A DNA stretch of 37,576 bases from a virus (Duplodnaviria > Caudoviricetes), in IMG/VR virus record IMGVR_UViG_3300027571_000033, positions 1-37,576 of that record; one strand, written 5' to 3'. Numbering within the stretch: position 1 is the first letter of the stretch; the number at the start of each line of letters is the position of its first letter. Under the pieces are notes generated by a model. That model was not told the DNA's origin. It saw only the letters and a program-made list of their open reading frames with translations, and did no database searches. The translations under genes were made by a program, and so were the position numbers. Positions 27,002 through 35,724 of this stretch are shown in pieces.

Positions 27002-30000
27002 ATGGCAGAATTTAAACTAGGTAGAATTAGATTTGTTTGGAAAAACAACTGGACTACCGGAACAACATATTATAAAGATGACGTTGTCGCATTCGGAGGC
27101 AAAGTTTATATTTGCGTAGAAGGTCATGGCAGTGCAGCAGACTTTTTTACAGACTTAAACATAGTTCCAAGTAAATGGAACTTAGTAAGTGACGGACAAT
27201 CTTGGTTAGGTGAATGGGCGCATAGTACAGCATATGTAAATAACAACATTGTTAAATACGGCTCAAAGTTATACATTTGTCAAACTAATCATACTTCAAG
27301 TGTTGTAACTGGTACAGTAACTAAAGCGGTAGCTGTAGCTGTTAATACACAGTCTCCAGGCAATAATGTTTATGTAATAGACGGAACTGAGTATCCTAGC
27401 ATACAATTCCAGCATGGTAAGACATACGTGTTTACACAAGACAATGTTTCAAATGTTACACATCCGTTCTTGTTTAGTGCAAGTAAAAATGGTACGCATA
27501 GTGGCGGTACTGAATATACAGTTGGTGTAAAGTATTATATAGATAACGTAGAAGTAGACGATTCAACTGCATACATAGCTGCATTTGATGCTGCAACTAA
27601 TAGAAAAATAACAATAGAACCTACATCATCTACTCCGGAAACATTGTATTACTATTGTTATAACCATTCTAATATGTCAATTGACTCCGAAATTGATATT
27701 ATTAACTACGGTATTGAAGCAGACTTAGGTAACTGGCAAACATTTGCCGAAGGCTTAGACTGGAAAGGTGACTGGAACGCAGGATACCAATATAGAAATA
27801 ATGATTTTGTAAAGTATGGAGGAGCATCATATGTATGTAAGACTCCGCATACATCACAAGCAAATGGTCTTGAAGACGACCAAGCAAAATGGGAACTTTT
27901 AAATAAAGGTTTTGATTATAGATCAGAATGGACAGCAAGTAAAAAATATTTAGAAAACGATGTAGTACGTTATGGTGCAGGTCTTTGGATATCAATTAAT
28001 AATCACACTAGTAGTTCAGCATTTAGTACAGACTCAGCAAATTGGGAAAAGTTTGTAGAAGGCTTCCAATTTGAAGATGTATGGACCTGGGAAGGAAGTT
28101 ACCAAACAGGTGACGTAGTACGTTACGGTGGTAATCAATATATTGCAAAACGTGATAACACTGATAAGACTCCGTCTTTAGAAACAACTGACTGGGACTT
28201 GTTTTCAGAAGGATTAAGATTAATAGGTGATTGGGGCGCAGATAGTTCACAGTACGAGTACCAAGTTGGTGACGTAGTTAGACTAGGCGGCTTTACATAT
28301 CGTTGTATTTTAGATCATCAAAACCAACAACCGCCAAGTGCATTGTACTGGGAAAGATTAAATTCAGGATTTGAATGGAGAGGCGAATGGGTAGACGAGC
28401 AAGAATATTACCAAGGTGACGTAGTACGTTACGGTGATAGCTCATATGTTTGTTTACTTGGTCATATATCAGAAGGTGACGATTATTCATCTAATCAAGT
28501 TGGCGCAGCAGGTTCGCGTCCAGACTTAGCAGATAGTGGAGCATATTGGTCAGCACTAGCAATAGGTACAGAACAATCTGTATTAACAACTAAAGGTGAT
28601 TTAGTTTACTATAGCGGAGCAGCACCAACAAGATTACCAATTGGTAAAGATGGTCAGGTTTTACAAGTTAATGCAAATTCATTACCAGAATGGGCATTTT
28701 TAGGATCATCAGAAGATGTTTATTATGTTGCAGAACATGGTAAAGATGAACCAGCTCCAATTTACGGACAGTCAATTGACAGGCCTTGGAAGTCTATTAG
28801 ATATGCAGCTCAACAAGTTGAACTAGGTGCTAAAAGTCCAGAAGCAGCACAAATACTTGAATTGAATAGAAAATTTATTCAACGTGAAATAGTTGAATGG
28901 ACTGATTACCAAATTACAAATAATACTGCACCATTTACATCTAGCTTTAGTTACGAGTCTAGTAAGTGTGAAAGAGACATGGGTCTTATTGTTGATGCTA
29001 TACTACATGATATAAAACATGGTGGCAATGTTCGTTCAAGAGAAGCAGCTTTATCATATGCAAATGAAACTGCAGGATCACCATACCTTACACAAAAAGC
29101 AGAAACTGTTGCAAGTATTAATTATGGATTATCTGTAATTACTAACGTACTTGCACAAACAGATCCAAGTGTTAATTACCAAACAACAAACGGTGATAAC
29201 TCAACAGCAATTGTTTCACAATATAAAAATGCAAACTTAATTGCAGAAGCTGTTAACACACAAGTTACAGAAAATATAAAAATTATTACTGATGCAATTA
29301 CAGCAGGCAATGATACAAATATTCCTCCAAGAATTATTAATAACACATTAATTAAAGTATCAACAGGAAGATATATTGAAGTACTTCCGATAATTGTTCC
29401 AGCAGAATGTTGTATTATAGGTGACGAACTTAGAGCCGTAACAGTTGAACCAAGAACAGCTTTAAACTCTACACTAACTCCAACAGGCGATTTCAAGTAT
29501 ACATTTAAAGGACTTGAAAGAATGACAGGAATTGTTGGTGATATTGTAACTGGTCAAACAGTCACAGCAACATCAGGAAATAGCCAAGCACAATCACAAG
29601 TATGGCCATATGCTGAAACAACAGTAGTAGGTCCAGAAGTAACACGTTTGGCAAGATCAGTAAGTGACAGAATTAATGTCGGACTAGGTGAAAAGAGAAA
29701 TGGTAACTTACCATTATTCCATGATATGTCTGATACAAGTGCAGGTCGTGCAAGAGACTTAGTTCTAAAAAACAAAGCGTTTATCCAACAAGAAGTTATT
29801 GGATACATTGCCGACACATATCCAAACTTAGACTATAGCAGAACTAAATGTAAACAGGATGTTGGTCTTATACTTGATAGTATTGCATATGATTTAACAT
29901 ACGGCGGTAACTGGATGAGCGAAACAGCAGGTCTTGCTTATTACAATGGTGCAAGCGGAGTATTACAAATTGATAGTACTGAGAGTGCAGCAACTATTGC

Positions 30001-33000
30001 GGCATACGGTATAATGAAATCAACAGCACAAACAGTTTCAAGAGACATAGCTGTAACTCCAACATACCAATCAACTACAGCACAAGTAAGCGGTATCCCA
30101 GGCGATGCAGCTGATGCAACTACAATAGGTAGCTTGTTTGACGACATTATTGACATTGTTGATAACGGACCGTCAAGCTCAAGTATTACATATCCTGTAG
30201 TAACAGGCGCAGCAGCTGGATTACAATCAGCGGCAACTACACTAGCAAGTAAGAAAACTGAAATTGGTGAAAAGACTATCGACTTTATTAATAATAACTT
30301 TGGTAGTTTTAAATATAACAGTGCTGTTTGTAGAAGAGATTTAACAAATATCATTACTGATGTTACATTTGATGCAGCATTTGGAACTAACTATAACGGT
30401 GTTTATAACGGTATTTCATATACTAGACCAATTAATGCTTATAACTTAGCAAACCAAAGAGTTGAAACTATTGGTGCTATTAGACAAGCTAGAGATTCAG
30501 TATTAGCTCTTACTAGCGATTCAACAGCAATAACTAGAATTCGTACATCAATGAATGAAATTGTTGATATTATTAACAATAATACTGGCCCAGCTGTACC
30601 AGGCGACGGAGTAGCAAATGCACTAACTTTCCCAAGTCCAGCAGGAGTTGATCAAAACAAAGTTGACGCAAAAGATAACTTAGTAGCAAACAGAGATTTT
30701 ATTAAAGCAGATGTTGTTGCATATGTTAATAATAATACTCCGCCAGCAGGATACGACGAAGCAAAATGTGCTAGAGACGTAGGCTATATTGTTGACGCAA
30801 TGTGTTACGATGTGCTATACGGTGGCACAATGGCTGCAACAAGAATAACAGAATCATACTTTGGAATATTTGGTGCAATTTATCCAGATGGACAAGTAAG
30901 TGAAACTGTAGCAGCATACGGACATTTAAGTACACTAATGGGACTAATTGCACAAGAAACATCAGTTACAGCACAATCAGGAAATAGTGAAGTTCAAACT
31001 ACACTAGGTACTCCTGCAAGTGGTACTGAAGCAAGTTCAATAGCAGCAGGAATGACTATTATTACAGATGCACTTACAGCAGGTAATACTGATAGTGTGC
31101 CTACTGTTGTATATCCTAGTGTTACTGGAGCATCGGTATCTATACAATCAGATATTACAGACATTAATACAGCTAGACCAGCAACGATATTAAGTACTAT
31201 ACAGTTTATTACTAATACATATAATGACTTCAAATATGATCATGCTAAGTGTACACGAGACCTTGGATTAATCATTGATGCAGCTGCATATGATTGGCAA
31301 CTAGGTACTAACTATGCTAGTTTAATAACAGCATTAAGTTACTTAAGAGCTCCGTCAAACAAAGTAGTAGGCGACCAAAAAACAGCAACTATTGCAGCAA
31401 ACGAATTTGCAAAAACACTTGCTGTAGCTAACGTAAACAGTGAAGCAGGCGCAATTACTGGAATTAACACAACTTGGGAAATAGTACAAGATACATTATT
31501 TGCAGGTGCAGCTGAAGGTGGAAATAGAAAAGTAGCCGACCAAGAAGTGTTTAATGCTATACGTCAACTTGAAATGAACAAAGATTTTATTGCAGACGAA
31601 GTTGTTGCTTATGTGAATGATTACTTTAGTGACACTATTACAGCAACATCAGTAGTAACTGGTGGTTCAGCAGGTGGAACAAATTCTAATAGATTAACAA
31701 TTACTTCAACAGCTTGGTTAGATGAAGGCATGGAAGTTAAGTTAACTAATACAAACAGTATTTTAGAAAACTCTGGATTGTTTATTCCTAATCAAAAGTA
31801 TTATGTAAAAGAAATAATTAATGGTACATCATTTACTGTGTCAAATAGTGCAAACGGTTCAGAAGTAGCTGTAGATAACCCATGGAGCGGATCAATTAAA
31901 ATTGAGAAAGCATATGTTTACAGCGAAGCAATTTGTAAACGTGATATTAAAGAATATATTAATGCAATGAAATGGGACCTTGAATGGGCACAAACATGGA
32001 AACGTCAATATAAAATTGGTAATGTAGAAAATGCACTAACATTTTATAGACCAGCAAGTTATAAAACAAGATTAGCTGCAAGATTTTATGTAAACAGTAT
32101 TATAGGATCACAAGAAGAAGATTTCTATTACTTACGTAATGGTACAGGTATAAGACTTCAGTCAATGAAAGGACTGAAGGGCGACTTAGGACCAGCAAAC
32201 TCGTTTGGTACACAAAGACCAACCGCAGGAGCATATTGTTCATTAGATCCAGGTTGGGGTCCAGATGATCAACGTGTATGGATTACAGCACGTTCACCAT
32301 ACGTACAAAACTGTACAACATTTGGTTTTGCAGCAACAGGACAGCGTATTGACGGTGCATTACATAACGGCGGCAATGATTCAATTGTTAGTAATGACTT
32401 TACACAAGTTATATCAGACGGTATCGGAGCACACATTCTTAACAATGGTAGAGCAGAGCTTGTGTCAGTATTTACATATTACTCACACATAGGCTACCTA
32501 GCAGAAACAGGTGGAAGAGTACGTGCAACTAACGGTAATAACTCATATGGTAAATTTGGTTCGTCAGCAGAAGGTGTTGATCCAACAGAAGTTCCAGTAA
32601 CAGCAGTTATTGATAACTCGACACAATATAGTGCAACTATATCAGGTCTTAATACAAACAATAATGAACTATTAAATATTGAATTAAGTCATGCAGGTAA
32701 TGATTATACCGAAGCATTAATTGAAGTATTTGGCCCAGGAGATAACGAAGTAGTAGTAGCAGACGAATTTAGAGATGGAGCAATGTTCCAAACTCGTGTT
32801 ATTGAAACTACACCGGATACAGCAGGTGGTACAGGATATACATTAGTATCAAACGTTGCACAATCAGGTTCTTCAACATATATTGACCTTTCGTCAACAG
32901 ATGGTAATGTAAGTTCAGCTTATGTTGGTATGAGACTTCAAGTTATTGGTGGTGCTGGTATAGGATTATTTGGTATTATTGACTCGTACGATGCAGGTAC

Positions 33001-35374
33001 AAAACGTGCAAGCATTACTAAAGTATCAGATGGTACAGCAGGTTGGGATCACGTTGTTCCAGGAACAACATTTGCTGCTCCTAACTCAACATCAACATAT
33101 CAAATTGAGCCACAAGCGGCATTTACTGCTCCACCACAATCGAATACACAAAGATCGTTGGCAGGTGCATTAGTAGCAAATAAATCAATATTTGCAGAAA
33201 CTTCAGCAGAGTATACAGCATTAGCAACCACTACTGAATCAGACGGTACTGGCGTAACTTTTGATGTTACTAGAAATGGCGAAAAATACTATGTTACTTT
33301 AAACGGTGCAGGGACAGGTTATACTAGACTTGATACTGTAGTGATACCAGGAACATCGTTAAATGGCACATTAGTTGATAATGATATTACTGTTACAATT
33401 ACAACAGTTAATTCATCCACTGGTGCGGTTGTAGACTTTGACTTTACTGGAATTGGACGAAAAGGATTGTTTATTACAATTCCAACTAGCGGCACAGGCG
33501 GCGCAAAAAGTATTGACGGCATTACTTGGACAGCAGAAACATTACCAAGTCCAGGTGCAGGTTTTTACGATGCAATAGCAACTGGATTAGTAGATGACGG
33601 ATCCAGTGTTTATAAAGCAAGTGCTGTAGTAACAGTTTGTAATAATTCAAATGTAGTAGCATACAGTGTAGACGGCGATGCGTGGACTGGAACAACTTTA
33701 CCAAACGGACTTGCTGCATCTGGTAGCAAGAGCATTGCATATGGTAATGTCGGAGTAAACGATAATAGATTTATTGTAAGTAGTGTAGGCGATAGAGATA
33801 TTGCTTACAGTCAAGATGCTGGCCAAACATGGGCAGTATCTAGTAACGCACTTCCGTCAACTGGATTTAATTTATTAACATACGGTAAAGGGCTATTTGT
33901 TGCACTAAAAACTGGAACTAATACAACATCATTTAGTGCAGACGGTGTTACATGGAGTGCAGGCGCTGGCTTATCTACAGATACATGGACTGATATAGTT
34001 TGGGGTAACGGTAGATTTGTTGCAATTGCAGCAAGTGGAACAAAAGCAGCATTTAGTTTAGATGGTCAAAATTGGACTGATGCTACATTACCAACAGTTG
34101 GTGCTCCACGTAATATTGCATACGGACAAGGTGTATTTGTTGTTACATTCCAAGATGACGCAGATACTATTGCATATTCAGAAAATGGAATACAATGGTC
34201 AACTAAAACTATAACAGCAAATGGAAGTTCGGGTTACGGTGCAGTTGCATTTGGTAATCCAGGACAAGATGGTAAGTTTGTATGTCATACATATGACAGT
34301 ACTTCAGTAGTTGAAGAAGTTAAGATTGGTGCAAAAGCAAGAGGAAGAGCAGCTATTGCAAACCAAAAACTATTCCAAATTAACATTGAGGAACCAGGAA
34401 GCGGATACACTAGTGCTCCAACACTTACAATTACTGATCCAAACAACATTACAGATGTTGAATTACAAGTTAGAATCGGTAACGGTGCAATAGCAAATCC
34501 AACATTTAATAATAGAGGAACAAGTTTTACAACAGCTACGGCAACTGTAAATGCAGAAAACAGTAACGGTAAAGCAGACTTCTTCCAAAACGGAGCATTT
34601 ATTGCTGTTAAGAGATTAACATCAACACCGGTTCCAGGATCAAACGTTGTAATTGCTGGAATACCTAACAAGTTCTTTAAACTTGTTAGTACTGTAAGTT
34701 TAATTGGTACTAACGATGGTTCTAAGAAAGGATTCTTACAAGTTAGTCCTTCATTAACAATTAGTGAAGCACCAGCAAATGAAGCAAGTGTATCAAAACG
34801 TATTAGATTTAGTCAGGTACGTTTAACAGGACATGACTTCTTAGACATTGGTACAGGCAACTTTGCAGATACTAACTATCCAGGAACTCCAGTTAATGCT
34901 CCAGTACAAAGTCAAGAAACAAACGACTTTGACGGAGGTAGAGTATTCTACACAGCAACTGACCAAGATGGTAACTTTAGAGTAGGTGCATTGTTTAGTA
35001 TTGAACAGGCAACAGGTGTTGCAACACTTGATGCTGATGCATTTAACATTGCAGGACTACAAGAACTATCACTAGGTGAAGTTACACTAGGTGGTAACTC
35101 AGCAAGTATTACAGAATTTAGTACAGACCCGTTCTTTACAGCAAATTCAGATACAGTAGTTCCAACACAACGAGCTGTAAAAGCGTATATTGAGGCTCAA
35201 ATTGGTGGTGGTGGTGCATCATTGAACGTGAACTCAGTAACAGCAGGCGACATATTTATTAACACCAATCAGATAACAACGGTGTCTGGAGAAACGATAA
35301 ATATCAAAGCAAACGTTAACTTTAGTGGAAGTGTTCTTGGCTTACCACTAGCATATAATTACATGTTAAGATAA
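27002..35374 (+). CDS. Giant structural protein B2 (2790 aa), paralogue of B1 with an inserted cupredoxin-like domain and six phycobiliprotein-like helical repeats
   Basis: MAEFKL N-terminus, 7 CBM5/12-like repeats, HP...YYYCYNHSNM, C-x-[RQ]-D repeats, beta-helix, and Asp-boxes SIDGITW, YSVDGDAW, YSQDAGQTW, FSADGVTW, FSLDGQNW and YSENGIQW. Confidence 0.8.
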   Translation: MAEFKLGRIRFVWKNNWTTGTTYYKDDVVAFGGKVYICVEGHGSAADFFTDLNIVPSKWNLVSDGQSWLGEWAHSTAYVNNNIVKYGSKLYICQTNHTSSVVTGTVTKAVAVAVNTQSPGNNVYVIDGTEYPSIQFQHGKTYVFTQDNVSNVTHPFLFSASKNGTHSGGTEYTVGVKYYIDNVEVDDSTAYIAAFDAATNRKITIEPTSSTPETLYYYCYNHSNMSIDSEIDIINYGIEADLGNWQTFAEGLDWKGDWNAGYQYRNNDFVKYGGASYVCKTPHTSQANGLEDDQAKWELLNKGFDYRSEWTASKKYLENDVVRYGAGLWISINNHTSSSAFSTDSANWEKFVEGFQFEDVWTWEGSYQTGDVVRYGGNQYIAKRDNTDKTPSLETTDWDLFSEGLRLIGDWGADSSQYEYQVGDVVRLGGFTYRCILDHQNQQPPSALYWERLNSGFEWRGEWVDEQEYYQGDVVRYGDSSYVCLLGHISEGDDYSSNQVGAAGSRPDLADSGAYWSALAIGTEQSVLTTKGDLVYYSGAAPTRLPIGKDGQVLQVNANSLPEWAFLGSSEDVYYVAEHGKDEPAPIYGQSIDRPWKSIRYAAQQVELGAKSPEAAQILELNRKFIQREIVEWTDYQITNNTAPFTSSFSYESSKCERDMGLIVDAILHDIKHGGNVRSREAALSYANETAGSPYLTQKAETVASINYGLSVITNVLAQTDPSVNYQTTNGDNSTAIVSQYKNANLIAEAVNTQVTENIKIITDAITAGNDTNIPPRIINNTLIKVSTGRYIEVLPIIVPAECCIIGDELRAVTVEPRTALNSTLTPTGDFKYTFKGLERMTGIVGDIVTGQTVTATSGNSQAQSQVWPYAETTVVGPEVTRLARSVSDRINVGLGEKRNGNLPLFHDMSDTSAGRARDLVLKNKAFIQQEVIGYIADTYPNLDYSRTKCKQDVGLILDSIAYDLTYGGNWMSETAGLAYYNGASGVLQIDSTESAATIAAYGIMKSTAQTVSRDIAVTPTYQSTTAQVSGIPGDAADATTIGSLFDDIIDIVDNGPSSSSITYPVVTGAAAGLQSAATTLASKKTEIGEKTIDFINNNFGSFKYNSAVCRRDLTNIITDVTFDAAFGTNYNGVYNGISYTRPINAYNLANQRVETIGAIRQARDSVLALTSDSTAITRIRTSMNEIVDIINNNTGPAVPGDGVANALTFPSPAGVDQNKVDAKDNLVANRDFIKADVVAYVNNNTPPAGYDEAKCARDVGYIVDAMCYDVLYGGTMAATRITESYFGIFGAIYPDGQVSETVAAYGHLSTLMGLIAQETSVTAQSGNSEVQTTLGTPASGTEASSIAAGMTIITDALTAGNTDSVPTVVYPSVTGASVSIQSDITDINTARPATILSTIQFITNTYNDFKYDHAKCTRDLGLIIDAAAYDWQLGTNYASLITALSYLRAPSNKVVGDQKTATIAANEFAKTLAVANVNSEAGAITGINTTWEIVQDTLFAGAAEGGNRKVADQEVFNAIRQLEMNKDFIADEVVAYVNDYFSDTITATSVVTGGSAGGTNSNRLTITSTAWLDEGMEVKLTNTNSILENSGLFIPNQKYYVKEIINGTSFTVSNSANGSEVAVDNPWSGSIKIEKAYVYSEAICKRDIKEYINAMKWDLEWAQTWKRQYKIGNVENALTFYRPASYKTRLAARFYVNSIIGSQEEDFYYLRNGTGIRLQSMKGLKGDLGPANSFGTQRPTAGAYCSLDPGWGPDDQRVWITARSPYVQNCTTFGFAATGQRIDGALHNGGNDSIVSNDFTQVISDGIGAHILNNGRAELVSVFTYYSHIGYLAETGGRVRATNGNNSYGKFGSSAEGVDPTEVPVTAVIDNSTQYSATISGLNTNNNELLNIELSHAGNDYTEALIEVFGPGDNEVVVADEFRDGAMFQTRVIETTPDTAGGTGYTLVSNVAQSGSSTYIDLSSTDGNVSSAYVGMRLQVIGGAGIGLFGIIDSYDAGTKRASITKVSDGTAGWDHVVPGTTFAAPNSTSTYQIEPQAAFTAPPQSNTQRSLAGALVANKSIFAETSAEYTALATTTESDGTGVTFDVTRNGEKYYVTLNGAGTGYTRLDTVVIPGTSLNGTLVDNDITVTITTVNSSTGAVVDFDFTGIGRKGLFITIPTSGTGGAKSIDGITWTAETLPSPGAGFYDAIATGLVDDGSSVYKASAVVTVCNNSNVVAYSVDGDAWTGTTLPNGLAASGSKSIAYGNVGVNDNRFIVSSVGDRDIAYSQDAGQTWAVSSNALPSTGFNLLTYGKGLFVALKTGTNTTSFSADGVTWSAGAGLSTDTWTDIVWGNGRFVAIAASGTKAAFSLDGQNWTDATLPTVGAPRNIAYGQGVFVVTFQDDADTIAYSENGIQWSTKTITANGSSGYGAVAFGNPGQDGKFVCHTYDSTSVVEEVKIGAKARGRAAIANQKLFQINIEEPGSGYTSAPTLTITDPNNITDVELQVRIGNGAIANPTFNNRGTSFTTATATVNAENSNGKADFFQNGAFIAVKRLTSTPVPGSNVVIAGIPNKFFKLVSTVSLIGTNDGSKKGFLQVSPSLTISEAPANEASVSKRIRFSQVRLTGHDFLDIGTGNFADTNYPGTPVNAPVQSQETNDFDGGRVFYTATDQDGNFRVGALFSIEQATGVATLDADAFNIAGLQELSLGEVTLGGNSASITEFSTDPFFTANSDTVVPTQRAVKAYIEAQIGGGGASLNVNSVTAGDIFINTNQITTVSGETINIKANVNFSGSVLGLPLAYNYMLR
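28844..32000 (+). repeat. Six helical repeats with a C-x-[RQ]-D core inside B2
   Basis: Cys codons at 28967, 29849, 30329, 30767, 31250 and 31934 (KCERD, KCKQD, VCRRD, KCARD, KCTRD, ICKRD). Confidence 0.85.
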
Positions 35375-35391
35375 CATTAGGAGAAATAAAA

Positions 35392-35712
35392 ATGGCAACA
35401 GGAATTTTAGGAACAGCAGATTTAAGTGCTAATACAGATACAACTGTATACACGGTACCTGCTAATACATTTTCAGTAGTAACTGTAAGTGTATCAAATA
35501 GATCAGCAAATAACAGAGCTGTTCGTGTAGCATTAGCTGCTTCAGGAACACCAGGTAATGCAGAGTACATTGAATTTGACTCACAATTAATTGGTAACGG
35601 TGTGCTTGAAAGAGGCGGCATTGTTATTGATGCGGCTAAAAATATTGTATGTAGATGCGATAGTACAGACGTAAGTGTTGTAGTATACGGTATCGAAACT
35701 TCAACAGTTTAA
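35392..35712 (+). CDS. Small beta-rich structural protein, putative adaptor family copy 3
   Basis: VYTVPA...VVTVSVSNR...YIEFDSQL...GIVI...VSVVVYGIE; AGGAG RBS; directly after B2. Confidence 0.65.
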   Translation: MATGILGTADLSANTDTTVYTVPANTFSVVTVSVSNRSANNRAVRVALAASGTPGNAEYIEFDSQLIGNGVLERGGIVIDAAKNIVCRCDSTDVSVVVYGIETSTV

Positions 35713-35724
35713 GGGAGAATAGTA

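Noticed and set aside
32265-34493. Short alternative-frame plus-strand ORFs (32265, 32970, 34311; also 2473)
   Set aside because: Out-of-frame Leu/Gln-rich by-products of the main gene's codon usage.
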